DNA of 53,207 bases from Syntrophales bacterium (GTDB lineage: Bacteria > Desulfobacterota > Desulfobaccia > Desulfobaccales > 0-14-0-80-60-11): assembly GCA_028688935.1 (NCBI GenBank), contig JAQTXE010000001.1:1-53207 (forward strand). The letters run 5' to 3'. The number at the start of each line of letters is the position of its first letter. The stretch's first letter is position 1. The notes beneath the pieces are model-generated. The model saw only the letters and a program-made list of their open reading frames with translations. It had not been told where the DNA came from and made no database searches. The position numbers were made by a program, and so were the translations under genes. Below are positions 17,292 through 25,597 of this stretch, piece by piece.

Positions 17292-18649
17292 CCATAGAGC
17301 GCGTTCTGATTGTTTCCTCGCCCACTTGCGAGAAGGATAAGACTCAAGCCGGCGTCGTATATCTTGCAACAGTATTGAAGGATCTGGGGCTGGAATTTGA
17401 CCTGCTCGATTTGAGTGGCACGATTGATTATTTTGACCCTCCAGAAGAATTTTTTTCACCATGTGATTCTGAGTTCTGGCGGTCCAGTCGTATTTTCAGC
17501 GATTTCACCTGGCTGGATCAACACCTGCCGACGACCTACGCTGAATATGACGCAGTTTTTTATTCGTCTCTTTTTTCCCCGGACATCCTCATCCAAGGTC
17601 GACACGCCCTAAATCAGAAACATCATTTCCCAAACAGCCTGTGCATTGTGGGGGGCAGCGCCCTATCGTGTCTTGATGATCAGCAACTATCTGTTGTCAC
17701 TTCAATATTTGACTTTGTCTGTACTGGATACGATATCCGGGAAATGATTTCTGCAATTCTTCAAGAGAAACCAAGACTTCCCAAAAGCGGGGTTGGAAAA
17801 CATATAAGAACCAATGGCAATGTGTTTGTTCAGCCTGATTACCGACTAGTTGATGTCCGGCGATTTGTTACTTCTTATTCCGGCCATGGCTGTGAATGGG
17901 GAAAGTGCAGATTCTGCAATAGTTCCTTAAACTGCGGAATCTTCTGCAGACCAATTCCTGAACTCATTGATGAGATTGAGCAACTTGCCGGTCTGAACGG
18001 AATGGTCAAAGACGTGATGCTCTCCTCTGACTCCTTCACCGAAGACTACCTGACCTCGCTCGCCTCCTCGCTATCCGACAGAAAGTCCAAGGTGCCATAC
18101 AACGTAATGCTTCGGGGAGAGAGGTGGGTTTCTAACGGACTCGGGGATAAACTGAGAAAATCCGGCTGCTCGGACGTCTTTATTGGTGCCGAGGCGTTGT
18201 GTGATGAAATACTGAGTGTCATGAACAAAGGTTTGAATACGTCCAGCATCCTTAACGCGATCAAGGCCCTATCTTCTCATGTGCAGGTCATTTTGGGACT
18301 AATACTGTTCGTGCCTGGTGTAACAGAAAAGCAACTGAATGAACAACTGCAAAATATCGAAAAAATACTTCCACATGTTAGCGCCATCGAACCAGAAATT
18401 TTAACGGTTATACAGAGAACGGAATTCGCTAAAGAACCAGGGAGATACGGCATACAACTTTGGGCGAAAGAGAAAGCGGTTAATGATAGTTGGTGTTACG
18501 GTTTGAGCCCAGACATACCATGGACGTTCACATCAGATAGAGATGCACGAACTTGGTTCAGATACTATGAAAAGCTCAGGAGACTTACACAAGGTTTCGT
18601 CGAACCTCACTATTGGGATTCCATCGATGAAGTTCAATCACGCTTTTAA
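17288..18649 (+). CDS. B12-binding-domain-like / radical-SAM-like protein with non-canonical CX4CX2C motif
   Basis: GTG start overlaps the upstream stop (GTGA). The N-terminal Rossmann-like RVLIVSSP...VVYLATVLKDLG resembles a class-B rSAM cobalamin domain. The Cys triad GHGCEWGKCRFC has codons at 17891, 17906 and 17915. Downstream are SSDSF and FIGAEALCDEIL. Confidence 0.55.
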   Translation: MTIERVLIVSSPTCEKDKTQAGVVYLATVLKDLGLEFDLLDLSGTIDYFDPPEEFFSPCDSEFWRSSRIFSDFTWLDQHLPTTYAEYDAVFYSSLFSPDILIQGRHALNQKHHFPNSLCIVGGSALSCLDDQQLSVVTSIFDFVCTGYDIREMISAILQEKPRLPKSGVGKHIRTNGNVFVQPDYRLVDVRRFVTSYSGHGCEWGKCRFCNSSLNCGIFCRPIPELIDEIEQLAGLNGMVKDVMLSSDSFTEDYLTSLASSLSDRKSKVPYNVMLRGERWVSNGLGDKLRKSGCSDVFIGAEALCDEILSVMNKGLNTSSILNAIKALSSHVQVILGLILFVPGVTEKQLNEQLQNIEKILPHVSAIEPEILTVIQRTEFAKEPGRYGIQLWAKEKAVNDSWCYGLSPDIPWTFTSDRDARTWFRYYEKLRRLTQGFVEPHYWDSIDEVQSRF

Positions 18650-18844
18650 TTCCCATGGATCAAACACCTTACCACAATACAGTTTGCTCTGAATTAAATT
18701 TGACTTAACAATCTCCTCGTTTTGGTTCCGATGACTGCTCGTGGGTGCCTATTCCGCGCGTCCAAGATAAGGTGAAAAATGGAGTATTTTGTGCTATCGT
18801 GCTCTTCATCAAGGTAAAACCTACGAAAAAATGCGAGTAACCAT

Positions 18845-21800
18845 ATGAAAACCGTTCGTGACGCCTGCCAAATACAGCCAAATGCATTATCCATCAGGCT
18901 CAGCGACCAGATAGAGCGGCTCGATGAGCTGATCGAGGTTGAGGGCGGTGGCTCCGTCTTTTTCGAGAAGACCCACATCACCCAAGGGATGCAGGACCTG
19001 ATCAGTGAGGGCATCGCACGCTTGGGGGGATTTTCGTCACAGGCAGTCTTCCACCTCAAACAGGCTATGGGTGGCGGTAAGACCCACTTGCTAATTGGCT
19101 TTGGGTTACTCGCCCGGCATCCGGAATTGCGCAAGAAATACTGTGGCGGGATGCTTCACGCGTCTGCCTTCCAGAGTGCAAAAATCGCTGCTTTTAATGG
19201 ACGGAACAGCCCACATCATTTCTTCTGGGGCGAAATCGCCAGCCAGCTTGGGAAGGCCGATCTATTCCAGGAGTTTTGGGCTTCCGGGCCGAAGGCACCG
19301 GACGAACAGGCGTGGATCAAACTTTTTGATGGCACTGATCCTGTGCTGATCCTATTGGATGAAATGCCGCCTTACCTTGAGGATTTGGCCACCCGACCAA
19401 TAGGCGCTGGCACTGTTGCAGACATAGCTACTCGGGCCTTTGCAAACCTGCTCACCGCCGCAGGCAAGAAATCAAATGTGTGTATAGTGATTTCTGACCT
19501 ATGGGCCGCATATCAATCGGGTGGAGCCTTAATCAATCGAGCCCTTGACAATGCTCGCCAGGAACTCGGTCGCCAGGAACGCAATATCACTCCGGTAGAC
19601 CTCGCTGCCAATGAAATCTACGACATCTTGCGTAAGCGTCTCTTCAAATCGCTCCCCGACAAGGCGAAGATCGCTGACATCTCCGCAGCCTTCGGCCGAA
19701 AGTTAGAAGAGGCAGCTAAGTCCAAGACCGCCAGTCGCGGCGCTGAGGCAATCGCTGATGAGATTGCCGCCACTTATCCATTTCATCCGCAGCTTAAACA
19801 CGTCATTGCCCTGTTCAAGGAGAACGAGCAGTTTAAGCAGACCCGCGGCCTCATTGAATTGGTTTCCCGTTTACTCAAATCTGTTTGGGAGCGGGCAGCC
19901 AACGATGTCTTCTTGATCGGTCCGCAGCATTTTGATCTTTCAATCCCCGAGGTCCGCGACAAGCTCACTGAAATCTCCGGGATGCGCGATGTCATAGCCA
20001 AAGATCTATGGGACGCACAGCAATCCGCACATGCCCAGGTCATCGACCTGCAGACCGGTAGGGAAGCCGCCACCCAGACTGGTGCCCTGCTCTTCACGGC
20101 CAGCCTCTCGACCGCTGTCAATGCAGTAAAGGGCCTGACGCGTGAAGAGATGGTCGAGTGCCTAGTCTCGCCACTACGCGAGCCTTCTGATTTTCTTGCT
20201 GCCTTCGAAGAGCTGGAGAAAGTGGCTTGGTACCTGCACCATACTCCAGAAGGCCGCTACTACTTCGATCGGCAGGAGAACCTCACAAAGCTCTTGCAGA
20301 GTCTGGCGCATGATGCACCGGAGAATCAGGTTGACGACCTCATTCGACACCGCCTGCGCGAGATGTTCAAACCGGTTCGCAAGACAGGGTATGAAGAGGT
20401 TTTGCCTTTGCCCAAGCTGGAGGATGTGGTTGACCGGGTGCGCAAGGGGCGCGTACTCCTCGTAGTGAGTCCCGATTCAAAAATCCCGCCGGAGGAAGTC
20501 AAGAAGTTCTTTGAAGGCCTCAGCCAGAAAAATAACCTGTGTGTGCTTACTGGCGAAAAAACGGCCATGGGCAGTGTGGAAAAGGCCGCTCGACACCTCT
20601 TTGCCGCGCAGAAGGCAGATGGGCGGATTCCTAAAGGCCATCCACAACGGGACGACCTCGAACGCAAGCAGCAGGGCTATGAACAGGATTTCAATTCCAC
20701 AATTCTTAATCTCTTCGACAAGGTTCTCTTCCCGATCCATCGTGCCGGTCGGGAACCCCAACTTGCTCCCAAAGCACTGGATATGACACGCGATGCCACT
20801 AAACCCTTTAACGGTGAGGAGCAGGTTGAGAAAACCTTAATTTCCAATCCCCTGAAGCTCTACCTTGATGTCGAGAAGGAGTTTGATGCTATCCGTGACA
20901 AGGCAGAGGATCTGTTGTGGCCTGAGAACCAAGAAGAAGCGCGTTGGTCTGATGTAGCAGACCGTTATGCAGAACAAGCCGGCATGGTATGGCTACCTCC
21001 CAAAGGCCTCGAAGCTCTCAAGGCCATCGCTTGCAACCGTGGGCTATGGGAGGACCTTGGCACTGGTTACGTCACGAAGAGTCCGAAGAAGAAGCGCACC
21101 TCTGTCCAAGTCATCACTGAGTCCGGGCCTGACGACGAAGGCAAGGTGCGCCTGCGCGTCAACCCGCAGAATGCCGGTCCTGCACCCAGGATTTATTATG
21201 CTGAAGATGTATCAGTTTCTGAAGAAAGTCCGCAGCTGACGGACCAAATTTACACTACGTCGGCGCTGCGCATGAACTTCATGGTCGTCGATCCTTCGGG
21301 TCAGTATGAGACGGGCGATCCGGTGACTTGGTCCAACAAGCTCGTCCTACGCAACCGGCTTTCGGAGCACGACGGGAAGCGCAGCGTTGAACTCTTCGTC
21401 GCTCCCCGGGGATTGATCCGGTATACGCTCGACGGCAGCGAGCCGCGCGACGGCACTTCCTACGAAGGCCCGATCGCCATTGGCGACGCCGAGGTCCTCC
21501 TGCGTGCCTTTGGCGAGGCGGAAGGGCTTGAGACCAAGGCCGAGTTCCGTTTCCAGGCCAAGGGCAAGAAGGGCGTTGAGATTGACGATGTGAAGCCCGC
21601 ACATCTCGTCTCACGCACCGGCCGCAAGCTCGACTCTCGGGGCAAGACCTTCGAGGGCCTCAAACAAGCCGCTGAGAAGAGCGCCACCTTCGAGGGCATC
21701 GTTCTCAATGTCGGTCAGGGCAACCAGATGATCGCCGTCAATGTGGGAGAAATTGCTGTGGAAGGAACCTTCATTGAGGCGCTACTCGTCAAGGTGCTGG

Positions 21801-21928
21801 AGAAATTCACCCCGGATACTCCGATCACCATGACCTTCCGCAAGGCCCACTTCTCCTCGGGTCATGACCTCAAGGATTTCGCCGGAAAGCTCGGCATCGA
21901 CTTGCAGCAAGGGGATGTCGAGCAGTGA
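18845..21928 (+). CDS. DUF499-family ATPase (anti-phage-associated)
   Basis: 1027 aa. FFEKTHITQGMQDLI...HLKQAMGGGKTHLLIG (Walker A) and VLILLDEMPPYLE (Walker B). Overall layout is typical of DUF499 proteins found with DUF1156 methylases. Confidence 0.7.
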   Translation: MKTVRDACQIQPNALSIRLSDQIERLDELIEVEGGGSVFFEKTHITQGMQDLISEGIARLGGFSSQAVFHLKQAMGGGKTHLLIGFGLLARHPELRKKYCGGMLHASAFQSAKIAAFNGRNSPHHFFWGEIASQLGKADLFQEFWASGPKAPDEQAWIKLFDGTDPVLILLDEMPPYLEDLATRPIGAGTVADIATRAFANLLTAAGKKSNVCIVISDLWAAYQSGGALINRALDNARQELGRQERNITPVDLAANEIYDILRKRLFKSLPDKAKIADISAAFGRKLEEAAKSKTASRGAEAIADEIAATYPFHPQLKHVIALFKENEQFKQTRGLIELVSRLLKSVWERAANDVFLIGPQHFDLSIPEVRDKLTEISGMRDVIAKDLWDAQQSAHAQVIDLQTGREAATQTGALLFTASLSTAVNAVKGLTREEMVECLVSPLREPSDFLAAFEELEKVAWYLHHTPEGRYYFDRQENLTKLLQSLAHDAPENQVDDLIRHRLREMFKPVRKTGYEEVLPLPKLEDVVDRVRKGRVLLVVSPDSKIPPEEVKKFFEGLSQKNNLCVLTGEKTAMGSVEKAARHLFAAQKADGRIPKGHPQRDDLERKQQGYEQDFNSTILNLFDKVLFPIHRAGREPQLAPKALDMTRDATKPFNGEEQVEKTLISNPLKLYLDVEKEFDAIRDKAEDLLWPENQEEARWSDVADRYAEQAGMVWLPPKGLEALKAIACNRGLWEDLGTGYVTKSPKKKRTSVQVITESGPDDEGKVRLRVNPQNAGPAPRIYYAEDVSVSEESPQLTDQIYTTSALRMNFMVVDPSGQYETGDPVTWSNKLVLRNRLSEHDGKRSVELFVAPRGLIRYTLDGSEPRDGTSYEGPIAIGDAEVLLRAFGEAEGLETKAEFRFQAKGKKGVEIDDVKPAHLVSRTGRKLDSRGKTFEGLKQAAEKSATFEGIVLNVGQGNQMIAVNVGEIAVEGTFIEALLVKVLEKFTPDTPITMTFRKAHFSSGHDLKDFAGKLGIDLQQGDVEQ

Positions 21929-22503
21929 GTGAGCAGAAGCCCGCAACCGTGGACTTCGGCGCGCCCGACAAATTCGGGGCGCATCTCTTCCGGGTGGAGA
22001 TTCCGGCCTCACGCCAGGAACCGGTGGTCATCATTGAGGACTACGGTTACCGCGGCCAGGAGGGCGGGATACCCCGGGAGGAAGCCCGCGTCGTCCTGCA
22101 ACGTCCCGTGTGGTCTGCCATAGCCGATATTGCCCGCCGTGAGTTTAACGATCGACTTAAGGCCGCCAAGGTCCTCACCGGGCGCTGGCACACTGGGACG
22201 AACCTGGTGGACCGCCTCCTGGGAAAAGAGCTATGCGTGCTCGCCTGGGCTGCGGAAACGGCCAGCTCGGAGCAACTTCCCATCATTTGTAGCAAGTGGG
22301 CGGCCCTGCGTCCGGAGGAGCGCTGGTGGCTCTTCTCCATGACGGTGGCCGAGGCCGGTCTGCCGGAGGACACCCAGCGCGGCTGGCGCCGGGCTCTGTT
22401 CCTGGCGCTCTCCGACGGTGAAAAGGCCGCCTCCCGGAAACGCCGGCCGCGCCCCGTGGATGAGTATCTGTTCAAATTGCCGCTGTTTGAGGACTCCCAA
22501 TGA
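21925..22503 (+). CDS. Small cassette protein, DUF3780-like
   Basis: 192 aa. GTGA overlap with the DUF499 gene and ATGA overlap with the methyltransferase gene. The position between DUF499 and DUF1156 genes matches the conserved cassette. The sequence-level call is weak. Confidence 0.45.
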   Translation: MSEQKPATVDFGAPDKFGAHLFRVEIPASRQEPVVIIEDYGYRGQEGGIPREEARVVLQRPVWSAIADIARREFNDRLKAAKVLTGRWHTGTNLVDRLLGKELCVLAWAAETASSEQLPIICSKWAALRPEERWWLFSMTVAEAGLPEDTQRGWRRALFLALSDGEKAASRKRRPRPVDEYLFKLPLFEDSQ

Positions 22504-25500
22504 GCGAAACCGTCATCCCGTTTTCACTCAAAGATGCGCCTGCGCTCATCGAACGGCTGCTGCCAGTCCAAAAGCTCTCAGCGGAGGCATATAAAGAACA
22601 GATGGCTGTGCAGAGCAAGACTCTTACTACGCTTGGTAGTTATTGGAAGGGACGTAAGCCGCTAATCCTTGCTAAGGCATGTATTCTTGGCTGCCTACTG
22701 CCAGCCACTACCGACCCAACCCGTGACCTAGAAATCTTCGAAAAGCTCATGGCGATGGACGATGAATCTTTTGCAGTCCGCTGGAAACGTCGCCCAAAGC
22801 CGAAAGAGATTCTCGCAACGCTATCCATCGCTCGCATTGCTGACTACTTTGTTATTGAGCCCGAAGGTATACTGCCGGCGTCGGCACCGGTGGATTCGTC
22901 CGATCCCGATTATGCCAAATTGAAGATTGCATGGCGCGAAGACCTTCTTGAGTTGGAACGCCGCCGTTTGGAAGCACAACTGCTGCCAAAAGTGCCTTAC
23001 CGGGAGCGCGTAGATCAGGCTAAACGAGCAGAAGAGGTCGCACCTAACGTCCATGACCATGTCTGGGATACGGCTAATACTCATTTAGGTACAAATGCGA
23101 ATTCGTTACCGGACTTGGTAGAGCAACTTGGCATCATGCGCTTTGGCCACCGGCCGCGCCTTGCCGACACCTTTTGCGGTTCCGGTCAGATTCCTTTTGA
23201 GGCGGCCAGGCTCGGTTGTGACGTTTATGCCTCCGAACTCAACCCGATAGCCTGCATGCTCACATGGGGTGCATTCAATATCGTCGGCGGATCTGAAGAG
23301 AGCCGAGAGAAGCTCGTAAAGGACCAGCAGGAACTTGTGCACAGTGTCCAAGCAGAGATCGACAAGCTTGGTGTCGAGACTGACGGTAATGGCTGGCGAG
23401 CCAAAGTGTTCCTCTACTGTATTGAGGTCCGTTGCCCCCAAACCGGATGGCGTGTGCCATTGCTGCCGAATTTCGTGATAAGCAAGAGCCGGATGGCGAT
23501 TGCTGAACTGGTGCCTGATCCCGAGACCAAACGATACGACATTGCGATTCGAACCGGGGTCAGCGAAGCAGAAATGAAGGCAGCAGAGCTAGGTACTATC
23601 GGCCGCGAAGGCAAGTATGGTGAAGCGTATCTAATACATCAAGTAAATGGAGTAAATTTTAAAACCAAGATTTCTACCTTGCGCGGTGATTACCAGAAGC
23701 CCGATGGAACAATAGGTAATCGCTTGCGGTTGTGGGAAAAACATGATTTTATGCCACGCCCCGAAGATCTATTGCAAGAGCGTCTTTATTGTATTCAATG
23801 GATGCGTCCCAAAAAGAAAGGTAAGGGGTTTGAGTATGAGTTTCGCTCCATTAATGAAGGCGATCTTCGACGAGATCGTATAGTTCAGGAATATATTGCC
23901 GAGCATTTGGGAGCCTGGCAGGCCAATGGGATTGTGCCGGACATGCGTATTGAAGTGGGTGGGCCACCACGGTACCAGGGCCTTGATTTAATCAGAGCAC
24001 GCGGTTGGACGCATTGGCATCATCTCTTCACCCCTCGTCAACTTTTGTATTTAGGTCTTGCCAAGAGCTATATCAACGAAAAAGCCAGATCAAAAGCTGC
24101 CTTGATAGTTTTCTTCGCTCGCTTGCTTGATTGGTCTTCCAAATTATGCCATTACGGAACAGGAGCTGCAAGAGAATCAATTGCTCATACTTTTTATAAT
24201 CAAGCCCTTAACACATTGTACAATTATGGAGTCCGACCGTTTTCCTTTGCGCAAAGTTATTTGCTAGAGAGACCTGCGCTACACTCATTGGCAACAAACA
24301 CAGAAGTTGCTACTATCCCGGCTGCCAATATTGATGATAGGTTCGATCTCTTCGTTACAGACCCACCTTACGGTGACGCAGTGAAGTACGAGGAGATTTT
24401 AGACTTCTTTATAGCCTGGCTACGCAAACACCCACCTACAGAATTTGCTGACTGGGTTTGGGACAGCCGTCGATCAATGGCCATCCAGGGGGAAGGAGAA
24501 GATTTCCGGCGTGGCATGGTGGCCGCCTACAAACGAATGACTGAGTGTATGCCGGCTAATGGTATCCAGGTCATCATGTTCACCCACCAGTCTGGCGCAA
24601 TCTGGGCCGATATGGCGAACATAGTCTGGGCCTCAGGTCTGCAAGTCACAGCTGCTTGGTATGTGGTCACGGAAACAGACAGCCCGTTACGCGAGGGCAG
24701 TCACGTCAAGGGCACCGTGCTGCTGGTCCTGCGCAAGCGCCAGGGAGCGCACAAAATCAACCGTGATGACTTGGCCTGGGAGATTCAAGAAGAAGTCGAG
24801 AACCAAGTCCAGGCGCTCACCGGGTTGAATCAGGAAGCCAAGGGATTATACCGCGACGAGAATGTTTTCGAGGATGCCGACATCCAGATGGCAGGCTACG
24901 CCGCCGCCTTGCGAGTGCTGACCCGCTATGCCATCATCGATGGCCGGGACATGACTGTCGAGGCACTGCGCCCCCGGGTGAAGGGGGAGACTACTTTCGT
25001 TGACGGACTTATCGCCTTTGCCGTGGACACCGCCAACCAAAGTCTGGTGCCCCAGGGCATCGCCGATGGACACTGGAAGAAGCTCAATGGCGCAGAGCGT
25101 TTTTATCTGAAGATGCTCGAAATGGAAGTCCGCGGTGCCAAGACGCTGGACAACTACCAGAATTTTGCCAAGGCATTTAAGGTGCGAGACTTCCGTGCAT
25201 TCCTTGGTGATCAGCGGGCCAACCATGCCCGGCTCAAGAGCGCCGTCGAATTTGCCCGCGCCGAAATGAGTGAGGGCTCGGAGTTCTATCAGTCCGTGCT
25301 GCGCGCCGTGCTCTATGCCGTGATGGAACTGCAAAATAATGTAGACGGAGAAGTGGTGCTGGCCCACCTGACCCTCAACATTCCCAACTACTATGCCGAC
25401 CTTACCCGGCGTGAGCTGGCCATCGAGTTGGCCGATTACCTGGCCAAGCGACTCGAAACCTTGCGGCCTGATGAAGCCAGCGCGGCGCGGGTGCTCTGCG

Positions 25501-25529
25501 AGTTAGTGAAAAACCAGCGGCTAGGATAA
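22500..25529 (+). CDS. DUF1156-type DNA methyltransferase (N6-A/N4-C class)
   Basis: 1009 aa. N-terminal LIERLLPVQKLSAEAYKE (DUF1156-like), SAM motif I DTFCGSGQIPFEAARLG, and motif IV LFVTDPPYGD (DPPY at 24360-24371). Confidence 0.8.
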   Translation: MSETVIPFSLKDAPALIERLLPVQKLSAEAYKEQMAVQSKTLTTLGSYWKGRKPLILAKACILGCLLPATTDPTRDLEIFEKLMAMDDESFAVRWKRRPKPKEILATLSIARIADYFVIEPEGILPASAPVDSSDPDYAKLKIAWREDLLELERRRLEAQLLPKVPYRERVDQAKRAEEVAPNVHDHVWDTANTHLGTNANSLPDLVEQLGIMRFGHRPRLADTFCGSGQIPFEAARLGCDVYASELNPIACMLTWGAFNIVGGSEESREKLVKDQQELVHSVQAEIDKLGVETDGNGWRAKVFLYCIEVRCPQTGWRVPLLPNFVISKSRMAIAELVPDPETKRYDIAIRTGVSEAEMKAAELGTIGREGKYGEAYLIHQVNGVNFKTKISTLRGDYQKPDGTIGNRLRLWEKHDFMPRPEDLLQERLYCIQWMRPKKKGKGFEYEFRSINEGDLRRDRIVQEYIAEHLGAWQANGIVPDMRIEVGGPPRYQGLDLIRARGWTHWHHLFTPRQLLYLGLAKSYINEKARSKAALIVFFARLLDWSSKLCHYGTGAARESIAHTFYNQALNTLYNYGVRPFSFAQSYLLERPALHSLATNTEVATIPAANIDDRFDLFVTDPPYGDAVKYEEILDFFIAWLRKHPPTEFADWVWDSRRSMAIQGEGEDFRRGMVAAYKRMTECMPANGIQVIMFTHQSGAIWADMANIVWASGLQVTAAWYVVTETDSPLREGSHVKGTVLLVLRKRQGAHKINRDDLAWEIQEEVENQVQALTGLNQEAKGLYRDENVFEDADIQMAGYAAALRVLTRYAIIDGRDMTVEALRPRVKGETTFVDGLIAFAVDTANQSLVPQGIADGHWKKLNGAERFYLKMLEMEVRGAKTLDNYQNFAKAFKVRDFRAFLGDQRANHARLKSAVEFARAEMSEGSEFYQSVLRAVLYAVMELQNNVDGEVVLAHLTLNIPNYYADLTRRELAIELADYLAKRLETLRPDEASAARVLCELVKNQRLG

Positions 25530-25597
25530 GAAAAGCTGGCCCTGAGGAAATGGCTCAAATGGGTCAGCCGTCCGGATAGAACCAGAGGGAAGCCGAT

